Shown in pieces: positions 42,047-56,300 of a stretch of 64,000 bases of DNA (position 1 is the stretch's first letter; every line of letters begins with the position of its first letter). Source of the DNA: Felis catus (Eukaryota); assembly GCF_018350175.1 (NCBI RefSeq), contig NC_058369.1, positions 14,138,001 through 14,202,000 of the forward strand, written 5' to 3'. Made by a program: the position numbers and the translations under genes. Under the pieces are notes generated by a model. That model did not search any database. It was not told the DNA's origin and was given only the letters and a program-made list of their open reading frames with translations.

Positions 42047-45000
42047 CCCCAGACCAGGAAACTCCGGGAACTGAGGGCGGCACTCCCACAAGGCCGACCT
42101 GAGAAATCTCTGGAGAAAACTGGAGCAGAGCAAAGCTCAGCTCGTGAGGCCCCCTCCTGGGGTCTGAAGGAAGTGGCTGGTGCCGGATGCAACGGCCAAG
42201 TTCCCAGGGCCGTGAGCATGGGCTTGGTGGGAAATAGAAACGGCGTGTTTGCGTGCGCATGTGTGTGCGTGTCTGTGCGTGTCTTTGAGCCTGCACGCGC
42301 ACACGTGTATCTCTGTGTATGTGCGTGCATGCGTGCATATGTTTGTGGCTGCGCATGTGAGCACACGTGTGTGTGTGTGTATGGGGAGCTTCAAAACCAG
42401 ATTAGATCAGGTGGAAATCCTGGCATTGAGTGTGGGTCTGGAGTCAGATTGTCCAGGGCCTCAGTTTCTCTACCGAGAAATGGACCAGCTTCTGCTGGAT
42501 GTGAGAATTAGAGTCCGGGGGGGGGGGGGGCCAGTAACTATCAGAAGATTGGTCACAGTAAACAGTCTGTGCTATGGGCTCTGAAGTTGACACTTGTGAT
42601 CTCCTTTGATTCTCAAAACAAATCCAAGGCTGAGTTTATCATCCACATTTTCATCGACACTTAAGTTTTTGTCATTCAAAAACCGTAACAAGCAAAGACT
42701 TCAAGCCACACAGAAATGTATGCGGTAAATAGTGCAGATTTCATCCACGACCCAGCCCGCTTTGCGAAGGAAGTTCTGTTAATAGGTGGGTGCGGGTTTT
42801 TTCAGAATTAGTGACCTTGCATTTATATATTTGAGTTTGGGGGTGTTTGAGTGGCTCAGCCGGTTAAGTGTTTGAAACTTGATTTCAGCTCAGGTCGTGA
42901 TCTCACCCCTCATGAGTTTGAGCCCCACGGCGGGCTCTGTGCTGACAGTGTAGAGCCTGCTTGGGATTCTCTCTCCCTCCCTCTCTCTCTGCCCCTCCCC
43001 TGCTCACACACTCTCTCAAGAAGAAACGAACATTAAAAAATTAGAAAAAGAGTTTGTATTTATATTTCTAAGTAGTCCGATATATTAATACAGTGATGTA
43101 AATACCATAGAAAAGTGGCTTTTCAATCAATAGGGCATTCTTGACTCTCCTAGCTCATGCTTCATTATCCAGTGTTATGGATGAAGGAAATGGGGGCCCC
43201 AGAGTGCACAGAGCTTGTTCAAGGTCACCTGTTGTTACACCCCCAAGCTGAGACTCGACTAGAGTCCACCTGTCCATCCCAAGGCGGGTCCCATCTGTAG
43301 GAGGGAACTTTAGACAAAGTTCCCTTGCTCATTGTCCTTTCATTAAACATTCACTTAATGCTGAGGGTTTATTATTTAAAAAAAATTTTTTTTAATGTTT
43401 ATTTATTTTTGAGACACAGAGAGAGACAGCATGAGCGGCGGAGGGACAGAGAGAGAGGGAGACACAGAACATGAAGCAGGCTTCAGGCTCTGAGCTCTCA
43501 GCACAGAGCCTGACATGGGGCTCGAACCCATGAGCCGTGAGATCACGACCTGAGCCGAAGTCGGACGCTCAACCGACTGAGCCACCCAGGTGCCCCTAAC
43601 GCTGAGGGTTTAAAGATAAGATGCAGTCCCCTGTGCAGGAGGCCCCAGCCTGGGTGACACAGAGCCGGGCAACCTCAGCTCAGGGCGGTCAGGGACAGGC
43701 CTGCGGAAGCCAGAGGGGCAGCCAGGTCTTGGTCTGGAGAGAGCAGGGTGGGCTGCCTGGAGGGGACGTGGGAGGCGGGCCCTGGAGGTTGAATGGAGGT
43801 CCCACAGACGTAGCGGAGTCTGGGAGCACGGTGAAGAGTCACCTACCTCCACTGATGGCCAGCTGGGTGTCTTAGGAGCCTCCTCAATACTTGACATTTA
43901 TGAGTAGGAACCGATACCTGACCCTGGGGCTAAATTCTAAGTCCCCACCACTGGCTGGAAAGGCTGCTGCCTGTTGCAACACAGGGCTGCCCCCCGCCCC
44001 CAGACGGGGAAGCAGGGCGCAAAGGCTTTAAAGAACCGACGCAGCCTGGGGGGGGGGGGGTCAGGCTCTTCCTCTTTCTGGACCGCAGTTTCCCCGTGTG
44101 TACAATGGGGGGACGGCGGGCAGAGTAGTAGCCGGGCGAGAATTTGACTCCAGCTACAGCACTGTCACCCGCCCTCCTCCGGGCAACCGACACCCGATCC
44201 CCCAAACACATGGGAGTTCCGCAGTTTACCCCTCTCTGGCTGACCCTGGGCCTCGACCCCGCCTCTGCCAAAGGTGGTTAGTTTGGAGGTGTGACCTTGA
44301 GCCCTCCAGCCGGCAGGGGGGCAGGGGCCGGGGGCACCGTGACTAGGCTTGGGGATCCTCACGCGTAAGGTCTGCCTCACAAGGGGAAACAAGCTTAGAA
44401 ACAAGACGAGCCCCTCTGAACACTCTCTCGATGAGCGTTCCTAGATTACTGCTTTTAACTCTGCAAGCCCAAGGCCCCATCTCACTGGAAAGAAACCAAG
44501 GCTCGAAAAGTCCCGCCGCTCACCGCCCGTGGGGAGGGTTGGCTGTGGCCTCCTCCCTGCTGGCGCATCTGCGGCCTTCAAGATCCCCCTCGCCGTGGGT
44601 GGGCATCAGGCAGTCATTGCAGAGAGGGGACATCAAGACCCAGAGGGCCAGGGTCCCCTCTGCCCAGGCCAGACAAGGTCACCGGCAGTTGGTGGGCACC
44701 GGCTCTGGGAAGGTTGAAGTTGGGGGGGGGGGGCGGCGGTTGTGGTGGGAGTGATGGGCTCAGAGTAGGGGAACCTGGAGGAAGCAGAGAGGGGTGCAGA
44801 GCTGGGTCCCCAAAAGGTGCAGGGCAATGGGGACAGGGTCTGGAGGCGTCAGGGCCCGTGCTTTATGGTTCAGTCCACCTGGAGGGCAGAGCCCGCCTCT
44901 TGCGGGGACCACAGCCCCCCGTATCCTGGAGAGGCAGGCACAGCTGGGGAAAACCAAAGTGCCGACAGGGTCACCTCAAAAACCACATGGCATGGGAATG

Positions 45001-45442
45001 CTGTGGAGGCAGTGAGGTGGGGAGATGCCGGGGAGCACCCCCTTGGTCCCAGAAATGCGATTTCTAGGGCTTTAGCCACAAAGAGAGTGTTCTGGGATAC
45101 AGGAGCCAAGGCTTGGGAACGATTCAAATGCCTCTGGGTGGGGCCCTTAAATAAATGGCAATCCATTTGAGAAAGGTTCTACCTAAAATATGCCTGTGTA
45201 CACAGTCGTCTACATGTAAGGGATCCGAGACCTGGGTGCTGGGGGGTCAGGGAGACATTTTTCCATAGAACACACTTCTGTACCTTGTGATTTTGGCCAG
45301 GTGTTACTTATTCACAAACAGTACTAGAAGTTTCTACTCCCGTGAGAAGACTGGAGACCTCCAGTCGTATGAGGACACGTGTCTCCAGGCAGCAAGTATG
45401 CTGTCTTATTTTTAAATTTTTTTCTAATGTTTATTTATTTTT

Positions 45443-45497
<55 letters not shown>

Positions 45498-45664
45498 CAT
45501 GAGCGGGGGAGCGGCAGAGAGAGAGGGAGACACAGAATCCGAAGCAGGCTCCAGGCTCCGAGTTGTCAGCACACAGACCGACACGGGGCTCAAACCCACA
45601 GACCGCGAGATCATGACCTAAGCCGAAGTCGGACGCTCAACCGACTGAGCCACCCAGGTGCCCC
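39905..45664. mobile_element. Dispersed CanSINEs: ~39905-40131 -, ~40915-41139 -, ~41180-41390 -, ~42839-43045 +, ~43385-43596 -, ~45415-45664 -
   Basis: SINE heads, (GA)n/(CT)n tracts, tails. Confidence 0.88.
42012..42045 (+). repeat. Poly-C homopolymer (34 nt)
   Basis: Directly visible. Confidence 0.95.
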
Positions 45665-46744
45665 TCAGTGTCCAGCAGCACCTTCTGCTTTTGTCGGGGC
45701 CCTAGGGCATCCAGAAGGCTTCCAGGAGGGGACGCTGCAGAGAATGAGCGAGGTGGGGCCCTAGAGGCCGAGAATGACATATGAAAGGTCCCAGTTCGCT
45801 CTAAATTAACAAGAGAGCAGAGGAAACTTCACCTTCCAAACTGGAAGAAATCCTTCCCAGATCGCAGAGGCGAAACAAGCCTGAGGTCAAAGCCTAGACG
45901 GGTGTCCCAGGCTGGAGACCCACACTCCAGGTGTCCTCATCTAAGGAATCTTCAGTAGCCCCGGAGGTGAGAAGAGGAGCTGTCGGCCAGTTAGGGGCAT
46001 CTGCTGGAGAGTTCTGTTCACCCCCTACCTCCAGTCTCCCGAGAGGGGGTGGGAGATGAGGTGGGGTGGCAGTGGGGTTCTGGGGGACTTTCTCAGGGAA
46101 GGCGCTAAAGCCCACAGTCACACTGCCCTCGTGGGTGGGCTCTTGTGAAGATGAAGGCAAGGGAGGGACATTCTTGACTGGCAACAGCTCCCATCACGGT
46201 CAAATGGACCCCTGCCACTCCCGTGTGTCCTCCAGGACACAGCAAGAAGGGAGGCTTAGGTCCCCACACCAGCTCCTAGGGGGCCGGTTTCACCTGCCCT
46301 TAACCGGCCGACAGACACCCCAAACCCTTCCTGGGCAACCCCCTGCGCTGGGCACAACAGCAGCCTGGCTCCTCCCCATTACTCTGCTGTCACGTGGAAG
46401 CCCCTGTGGGTCTGGTACGTGCCTGCTGTAGCCTTTGCCCTCACCCCTTCCCCCAAGGGCCAGGCGCTGTCGGTGGGAGAATCAGACGCAGGCTGGGCAG
46501 CACATGGGAATAGCAGGGAGCTTTGCAGACAGCGCACAGGCCGTCCTCAGTCAGGGAAAGCCTGGGTGGGCCCTGGTCTGACAGCTGGAACCCCGACCGT
46601 GGGAGCGGGTAAAGCCTGAGGGGACAGGAGAGTCACCGGCAGCAGGGCATGTCTCTCCGACACTCTGTCCAATGTAGGTGTTACAACATCTCTCATGGGT
46701 TCCCCGGCCTGCCAAGTTTTAAAAACACAACAGAGACCATGGAA

Positions 46745-48968
46745 AATTGGGTTTCCTCTACATTTATTGCAACTGCTAAATGATTAACAACATTCACAAC
46801 TTCTTAGATTTAAAAAAAGGAAAGAAAAAAAAAAAAAAGAAAAAACCCAAAACTTCCATTTTGTAACATCACAAATGTCTTCTAGGTTTTACCAAGGACC
46901 AAAACGCTAAAATTCTCTATATGATTTCCAGTGATGGAAACAAGCCAGAGACAGTAAGCACCCAAAGTGGTGAGTTAGTACTTTCCGGATGCCTGTCGTC
47001 CTCACGGAAGAGACCCTGGAACTAGAATGACAGAAAAGACACTGTGACTTTGACAAGGCTATGCAACCACACACCACACTCGCACGCACGCTCCCCGTGA
47101 GCGGACTTCGCCAGAGGGAGCAAGGGCGAGCTCGGAGGGCCAGTGCTGGTCCCTGGGCTGGTCCCTGGCTGACAGCTGGCACAAGGACTCGCCACCAGGC
47201 TCCGCCCCGGCTCCTATGATACCACACCCACAGGAAAAGCATCGCCTGAGTGCTCAGAGGACTTTCCAGGATCAAGAAGGAGGTGTTCTCTTTGACGTAT
47301 GCTAAAGGCTCACGGGGTCAGCTCGAAGCGGGATATCCCCAGGAGAAAGGGTGGCAGGAGGCTGCGGGGACAGAGCTTATACCCTGGTAATTCCTAAAGC
47401 ATTTTACTCACAAACAAAAGCGGAGAAATCCAAGAACGAATACACTAGCACAAAGTGAATACGATGGTCAGACCTATCTATGCTGGAGAGAAAGACCTAG
47501 AACCTATTTGGGGAGTACATGCCTTGCTCAGGGCCGACGGGCACTCTGTGAAAGGCCAGAGGACAGAGGCCCTGTTCTGAGTTCCATCCATGCGCCCAAC
47601 CCACAGCCAACAAGGAAGGCTACTGGAAGGATTAGGAAAGAAAAGAGATGAACCCCTACGGCTGCGGTTCCCCCAAACCACACCACCTGTGCAGGCTGCT
47701 TCAACTCTGCAGAGGCATTTCCAGCATCTCCCTGGCCATAAAGATCTGCCTGTTGCCCATGCAACAGAAGCAACCAGAAGCGAGCAGAGCCTGGAAGAGA
47801 TACGGCACCGGCCTGTGACGGTGGGGGTGGGCCCGACAAGACAGAGCTGGAGCAAGCTGGGACCACGGTTGGGGCCTGTGGCTTGAAAAAAGTGAAGACT
47901 GGCCAACACGGTAACTCGCTGCTGTGTCCCCCAAGCTTGTAGTGTCAGCAGGATCCCAAGTTTCCCAGGTTTTAGCACGTATTTAAAACTTCAACACTGC
48001 TGCTTTATGAGGAAGGGCTGAGATTCCCACAGCCTGAGAACTTCGCACGTAGCTGCGAGGAGCGGAGCGCCGGGAGAAGATGGAAGGGAGGCAATCACGC
48101 GCCTGGAAATAGCAAACAGCTGCGGAGCCCGCCCCAAGAGGATGCTTTCTGTTCTGTGCAAGGGCTCTGAGAAAACAATGCTTTACCCTACTGCACATGC
48201 CAAAAATGAAGCGTCTTGAAGAGTGTACACTCCCAGCCCCTTGTAGGAGAGACTCCATATGTGGTTTTAAAACGAAGCACACTGTAGTTGGTGGATTCTA
48301 AGGAGCCATGTGAATTTGGGGGAAGTTTCATCAATGTAATGATTACTCCCCAGTGAATACGGCTCTATTATACTGTTGCTAAACTTCCATTAAGTCTCTT
48401 GGGATGCACTTAAGAGCTGAGACTCCATAAATAACACGTTCATCGAATCAAGTTATCTCCACTTGTTCAAAGAGCTCCGATGCTCCGACCGGCAGGCCGC
48501 ACTACCAGCATGGACTTGGCTAATACTGAATTCTGTCCCCCATTTACAGTCTGCAAGCCACACAAAGACACAATCTGTCATCAGTTTGGCATCAAGTTTG
48601 CTAACAGAGCACTTCTAGAGAGAGTTCCCTGGGACGGGAAACCCGACGGGAGCTGGCTCTTGAGCACTATCCAAGGGCAGTACCCCTTCTGAGGGGGGAC
48701 CAGGAAAGACCTGCAGGGGACTGGCTGCCACAAGCATTTAGAAGAAGGGGGGAAAGCAAAAGCAGATGGGGAATGATGCACTCTTTTATCCTTTAAGAAG
48801 AAGAAGAAAAGCCAGCGGAACCTCCGTACAGGACCTGCAGAGACGTTCTGTTTCTCGTGGACACACCAAACCTACTTGGGCACTGGCTCCAGGGCAGATC
48901 CAGGGCAGAGGTGGCGCTCTAAGAGTAAGTGCTCCTTCAAGCCTGATCTTTCTCACCAATGGTTTCAT
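46745..48968 (-). other. SUGP2: SUGP2 terminal non-coding exon(s) / 3' UTR; AATAAA at 46763-46768
   Basis: Acceptor ctctccctgaatag at 48969-48970; repeat-free sequence ending in a U-rich tract and canonical poly(A) signal. Confidence 0.8.
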
Positions 48969-49522
48969 CTATTCAGGGAGAGAACGATTTTGTTCAAAAC
49001 TGAGTTGGAAATTACGGGTGGGGAAGGCAGCTAAAAAGAGAGCAGAAAGAACGGGATATTTATATGGGCCCAAGGCCCTTGAGAACGAAAGGATTTGAAG
49101 ATGCTCAGAAAGGGATGTGGCAAAGCCACTGCCCTCTGCAGTGACGGCTTCCAGATCGCCCTTACACGTGCAGGACGCAAGGCCATTTCCGCGGTGGCCT
49201 ATTTCCCCGGGATGGCCGCGTGCAGTTGAGCCTGGGAGCCCTGCACCAAGGCCCGCTGTTGAGCTGCACATAGCTGTGCGGCCACGCTTGGTGAGCGTGG
49301 GGCTCGCTCCTTCAACCAAACCTGGAAGGTGAGAGGCGGGACACATCCATGTCTAAACGCTCCTGGTTACCCTCATAGAATTTTTTGATTTTTTTTGTGT
49401 ATGTGTGTGGTTTGACGTTTGGTTTTGGGAACGGGGAGCTCTGACTTTTCTGGAGAAATCGTCTCTACGTACCAGAATGTCAACTTAGGCAGAAAGCCCC
49501 ACGCGCCAGCTCACACACATAC

Positions 49523-49643
49523 CTATTTGTTGGCCCGTTTGTGTCTGTACATCTGCATCATCCTCTGACGGAACACGTCAAATGTGTCTTCCTTGCGCTC
49601 CTGCCCGTCGGCACCTAACCCCTCCCCTTCCGAGGCAGTTCCC
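49523..49643 (-). CDS. SUGP2: SUGP2 last coding exon ([10 protein letters not shown]...HKRANK*)
   Basis: AG at 49644-49645; TAG at 49523-49525 followed directly by GTATGT. Confidence 0.95.
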
Positions 49644-52600
49644 CTAGGAGCAAAATGGAGAGTTAGCCACACCTGAGCACAAAGCCTGGCCACCAGGAAA
49701 CTGGAAACGGCATGAGCGGTCAGAGTGGGATGGAAGCATGTGGGACACACAACAGGGACAGCAAAGGAAAGGGAAGGTGAAGACACGATTCACAGCGCGG
49801 AACAAGGGGTACTCACCTGTGCAGGTGTGTGGACCTTCTGAGGAACGAGCTCAGAAGCCCCCGATTATAGCAGAAAGCCTCCCCCCGCAGGTGACAAGCT
49901 CAGTTTTAAATGAAATGCCTGCTGGATGTTAATGGGGCCTCACAAACTCTGGGCCACGTTTTCCCTGGCTAGCCTGCTTAAGGGTTCCAGGCAAAGGGAA
50001 AGTGGTTTCTATTGTTACTACCTAGAATTACCACTCAGCTTTTATGACAATAATGACTGTGGCTGAAATGCCAGGGGCCAAGGAGTCATTTAAATAGTCT
50101 GTGCAAGTGCAGCAAGGGGCCTGTAGGAACACCTGCATATGGAAACGATCTGCTTCTCATCTCATCTGAAGACTCCCTTTGTTAGGAAAACAAACCTGCC
50201 AGCTTTAAGCCATGTTTAACATGAGGGGAGCCAAGAAATCAGGCTGCAGATCAAAGGACTTAGGACCAGAATCCCAAAGAAAGCTTCTTATCCCAAGCAC
50301 GCTGCCCATTCCCACCCCGGGCCCCAGCGCCTGCTGCGTACACGCTGACGGGTTCCCTGATGCCCTTCCCACAGGAGCCTAGGCCATGGCCCTCCTTCCA
50401 GCCCATCTTCTGCAGCATCTGGAACCCCAGGTTCTTGTCGGTTAACTTCTGCTGGGCAAAGTCAAAGTCCTTGGGTTTCTGAGGAAAGAGAAGAATATGG
50501 CAAGTGGGCTGCAGCAAGCACGTGGAGTGAGAGTCTGCCTGTGCTGCTCCTGACACGGTCCAGTACTGCCCCCCACCCCCCATCCTGGATTCCATAGACA
50601 CTTGGGATCAAGCCATAGGCCCCTCCCCAGTTCCCAGCAACATTCTCTGAGGTGCTGAGACCATGAGGAAAACCCCACAAGAGGCAGGGGTGGGGGGTGG
50701 CCCTGAGGCCAAGGGGTTAGTAGAAAGAATCCTAAGTGGTGATAACTTGCGATGACCAGAGGGCACACCCCAGGCTGGGGGTAACCAGGACAGGGCATAG
50801 GCTTGAGGCAGGAAGGCCCCGGGAGTGCAGAAGTCAGAGGGGAGACGGGGCTGAGGCAGGAGGGGGCCAAACAGGCCATGAATCTGCTGCAGAGACAGAC
50901 TGTGTGGAAAACTGGCTTGCAAGGTCCTTTCTACTCCATCTTGAACACTCTTGTGGGCTTCCAGAACTCTGAGCAGTGATTCCATCCCAGAAACCTCTCT
51001 GGCCGCCCTCAGACATTGCTCAGCAAACCCAAATGACTTGTCTATTTGTCCAGCCGGCCCTTCCCAGATCTGGGAGCTCCCCAAGGGCAGAGACTAGGTT
51101 TTACTGGCACTCTGGGATCGGTGGTCTAGCACAAAGCAGACCTCACTGAGAACTGGTACAGCTGGGAAGAAGGACAGGGCTTGAAAAGAACCTGCAGGTA
51201 AAGCCCCAGACAAGATCTGGGCCCAGAGCTGGCTGTGGGAAGACAGGTTAAAAGGCCTGGGGGTGGGGGGGACCTCTGGAGGAGGGGCCTGCCTGGTGTG
51301 AGCAGAAAATATTTCCATTTACTCATGAATATTCATGAGCACCCACTGTCCCTACCACCCGAGCCTGTTTTTTAAAAACAGTTACTAAATAAACACTGAG
51401 GACAGCCTGGGGAGGCTGAGAGGGCCACACGTGCTTCTGGGGAATGGACTCGTCCATCCTGATCCAGGCAGCTGGTGCGGAGGGGTAATGGTGAGGTTCT
51501 GAGGATCTGAGCAGGGAACAAGTATGGGAAGGAAAAGGGTGGGGAAGGCAAGGGAAAAGCTGGCCACAGGTCCCCAAAAGGCTAGCCTGCATCCCTTCAG
51601 GAAAGCTGCTCGGCTAGAGAAAAGCTGTGTGCGAAGGCCAGGCTGAGGTGTGCGCAGAGAGTTGCAGGGGAAGCTTCCTCTGGGCCTGCCATCACCCCAA
51701 GGAGAGAGGTTGTTTGCAGGGCACTGCTGCACGCCAGGTTAACGTGCGTTTACTTTCACTCTCGAGGTATCTCCGAACCAAAGGTAGGTGCGACTGCCCC
51801 ACTTTACAGATGCACAAACGGAGACTCAGGAGTTAGATGCCAAGACTAAGTGGCCAGGTTGAGCCTGAACCTGGCTGCTGCCTCACCAGGTTGTGCCCTC
51901 ACCCGGGCCACCTGATGGGCAGCCGGGTGCCAGCACAAATTCAAACTGAACACGTCGATTAGGACCATGAGCTTTGGGCTCAGAAAGTCCCTCCTCCCTG
52001 CTGTAACCGGGGTCACGCCGACGCCTCACCTGGCCACTGACACTGACCGTCCATTTGCAACCGGTGTCCACCACACAGGCTTTCTTTTCCTCACCACTCG
52101 ACACCAGTAGAGACCTCACCGGGTGGCCGGCTCACCTCCCTGACCTCTGAGGACCTGGGATATCCCCACATACGTCCCAGGTGACCTCACCCAGCCTTAC
52201 CTGCCCCCGCACATATCCGCCTAGCTATCTGGAGTGCAGCGCATCTCCTTCAAATGACCTGCCCCCACAGGGGCTCTCCGTTTCACTCAGCGGCAGCTCC
52301 ATCCTCCTAAGTGCCTGTAGACAACCGTGCAGGTGCCCAGAGCTCTGGGCTTTGGCTCTTCCACACGCAACCCATCAGCAAGTCTCACTGACTGTGTCTT
52401 CACCTTCCCAGCCCTTGGCTTCTACCAGCCCCCCAACCACAGGCTGCTCTCAGCACAGCAGCCACCGCGGCCCTGTCTTCCACCCAACTGCCACCACAGG
52501 TCCCCAGGGCCTCCCCCAGAGAAGGAGCCACGCTGCTAACTTCCGTCTACAGGCCCTATGTGACCTGGGGACTCACTGCCTCTACTTCCTCATCTCCCCA

Positions 52601-53281
52601 CCCCCATCTGGGTGCCACAAAGGGCTGCTTGTTGACACAAGACCAACCTGGGGCCTCTTCCAGGCCTCCTTGATAAATGGCACCCCCAACCCCACATTAC
52701 TCCCCATCTCCCTTTGACCTGCTTCTCCGTACCCATAGCACACAGGCCACAAGACTCACACACATTGCTGTCACTGTTGGCCCTGCTTGCTGCGACCTCT
52801 CGTTGGGCAGATGGGGCCTGGCACACAGGAGGTGTCCATCAGTTAATACACAAGCACACACATATTCCCTTGGCTTATTAGCAAATTAGCATGCTCTTGA
52901 ACCACAATTATAGTCCACTAAATCTGAACTTAAGGGCCGGGACATTACTTTGTTCATCTGTCCAACACTTTGCACATATCAGATCTCACCTATTTGTTAA
53001 ATAACTAATTACTACCCTCCTGTGCTTTGGGCAAAGCAAAACAGTTCCAAGAAATCCCTGAGAAAAAGGCTGTTTGTTGTGCTTTGTACATTATGCCAGT
53101 CTGAAGCATGAGAGTACCTTAGTGACAAGTCACAGTGTCCTTTGAAACACTGACAAATTCTAACTAACTATGTCATACATGGGAACTGTCATGCTCACCT
53201 TCTTTTTGGACACGGGACGACCCCGAGGTCTGTCATAGGCGATGCGAACTGGCTCATGAACTGGAAGACATAAGAAACATG

Positions 53282-53314
<33 letters not shown>

Positions 53315-56300
53315 GTACTCTTTCCAAATCACTCAGAAAGTGAGGGCGCTGCAGTTTAGGCTAACAACCCCTCTGGTGACAGAAGGCAGCTACAACCCAG
53401 ACCCCAAAGCCAGCTGTGCCCCTTGCCAGGGTCCTCTCAGGAATCATGTGACCCATGACCAGAGAGCAGAATACGGCCCAACTGGGGGCTGCCTCCATGT
53501 GGAAGAGGCTACTTAACCCAGGACTCCCCGTGTTCACGACAAAGGGCTCAATGCACGGATCGTCTTCCTGACTGCAGAAATACGCTTTGTTTCAACAAAT
53601 AAACTATTGGCAACCTCGTGCCCTCCTAGTATCTCTGCAACTGTTCTGCTGATAAGGAGTTAAAGTCCACCCAGAATTTCCAGTAAAAAACAACCAACCA
53701 TGCTTCTCACACAGAGCACCGGATCACATCATATCATTATTTTTGATGAAGGAGAATCAGCAGGTCTGGTTTTTTTCTCATCAACCACCCAAGGAAATGA
53801 GAGCTTCCAAAATAGAAAGAGCTCCCTCCACTTCTCTCCCACGAAGGACGTATGAGGCATTCAGATAGGCTGCTGCCATCAGCAGTAAGCTCCGAAGGAC
53901 GTTAAGAGTAGGGCAGAACAGCTGGCAATCTGTGGTAACGCCAAGGTTTCCAAACACAAACCACAGAACTGTTCTGTTAGCAGGAGAAGCTGAACTGATG
54001 CTCCTGGGGGTGAGTGTGACCATCTCAACAACGTAGAGCACACTGGTGACACAAGACGGGGACCGTTCACTACGACCACCTCACGCGAAGGGACTGCGGC
54101 GTCAACCCCATGTGTAAAGCACAGCCCAGGCCTGGTTGTATGGAGACACCTGGTGGGGCGGGAGGCACAAGGAATAACCTGGGCCATAGCCAGGCCATCA
54201 AAAGGCTGCCTATGATGCCGTTCTGCCTACTGACAGTCTAGAAGAGGCAGAACCACAAGGCCAGAAAATGGGGAGGAGACCACAGGGAAACACAGAGACA
54301 CTTCTGGAGAAAGGCTCCAGCTCCACTGCACTGGAGAAGTTCATGCCTATACACATTTGCCAAAACTCATCAAACTGTCCCCTTAAAAAGGATGCATTTT
54401 ATTGCTATTAAATAGAATCTCATGAACTTTGACCTTCCCCATGGGAAAGGAGATGACCTTCCACGGCCAAGGCAGCAGACCACATGGCTCCCACCAACCA
54501 CTGCCTGAGACCAGCCCCACCTGTGTCCTCCTTCCTCATCATTACTAAGCAGGCATCGCTCCCCCGGGCCTTCCAGGGGCTCAGAAGGCTGGGTACTCCC
54601 CAAGGTCAAGGGCAGGAAAGAGCTGAGATGACCCAGGCCCTTGCCCTCCACAGCCAGGGCCCCCTCACTGGACTGTGAGCAATAATGGGAGCACCAAAGC
54701 AGCACCCACCACAAACGCACCGCTGCTGCACTAGCACAGCAGCGTGTCCTCGGAGTGCTGACCTTACACCAGCTGGCAACGTGAGCCTCACAGGAACATT
54801 TTGGGGTGGTGTGCAAACCCGCTAGAATTATTCTAGGTTAAAAACACAAGACCAAACAACCCCATGTTCTGTTGGCCCTGGGGGAAGCTGGGGAGGGAAC
54901 ATCCAGGTCAGCAAGTGTAATCAGAGGCAGGAAGGGTGACAGGGACCAGTTTGGTCATCTTGCGGCTGAGCGTGGGCTGAGGGCAAGTAAATTCTTCCAA
55001 ACAATCGGGCGACATCGCCTGATCTCCGCAACTTTTCATGGTCCACAACTGAACACCACGGTTCCTCTTCAGGTGCTAAATGGAAGCTCCATGCGAGGGG
55101 GGCCGTGGTGACGGCCAGGTACTCACCTTTGGGCTCCTGGATGAGACACAGCCTCTTGGGAGCTGGAATCATGCCAACCTTCAACGACTTGCTGCTGACC
55201 CTCTTTCGGGGGAAGCAGGCGCCCGAGGAGGCCTGTGACAGGGCAGGCGCACCAGCTGGGCCATCTTCGGCCGCCTCACTCGGGAGGCCATCTGTGGGGG
55301 GGCTGCCCTCAGAGCACTCAGACTTGGCAGCCGCTCCTGCTGGCCTGGAGGTCCCTCTAGGAGCGGAGGCCTCTTCGCCCCCCTCCTCCTCCTCCTCCTC
55401 GTCTTCCTCCTCCTCCTCTTCCTCATCCTCCTCCTCAGGCATCACCTCCGGACTCTCCAGCTCAGCCTCGTGCTGAGGGGGATCATCTTCAAACTCTCCT
55501 TCCCCTTCCATGGGGTCATGGGGGCTCTCCTGAGAATCAGCACTCTCACCGGCGTGGAGGTTCAGTGGAGATGACGTAAAACAAATCGATGGGCATAGTT
55601 CAAATACTTTCTTTCGATAGAATTTGAAGGCTGAACTATTTTGGTCATGGAGAAACCTGGGATAAGGATGAAATACACTGGTTAACCAGAGGGTCCTCTG
55701 AACGTTCATATTTGCTGACATTGTCCAGAGTAGATCCGACAAAGCTGGGAGGGGGACCAAGGAGCAAATAACCTGACCTCTTTCTACCAGCTACAGTTGA
55801 TGGTGCAGCTTCACAATGAGACAGAGAAGTCTAAGGAATATTAGTAATTTAACAAAGGAGCTAGAATGTAGGAGGCCTGATTGCTTTTCAGGGGAAGAGG
55901 GTGGAGGAAAAGGTTTGAGGGAATGACCAGGGCCTGTGCTGGAAAAAGCGCTAATGCTGGAGCCAGAGATCCAACCTGGCCCTCGCCTCATCCCTTTCTA
56001 GTCTGTCACCATCCACCCTGGGCCTCTGTGTGTTCACCGTGACTGCCTGGTTCCTCTCACACTGCCAGGTAGGAGACGGAGGAAGGGGTGTCACTTCTAC
56101 CCCTTGTTTTACAGTGAAGCTAAGTGAATGTGGTGGCGGTTAACGCCTCTGTGCACCTCAGAGTCCTGCGGCTACCGTGACCTGGGGCTGTGGCTAGTGT
56201 GAGAAAACTGAAAACATGCCCGAAGATACAAAATATACTTGGACCCAAGGAAAGAAGCCCTTGTTCTTGGCTGGGACAACTCAACCTCATGACTATGTTG

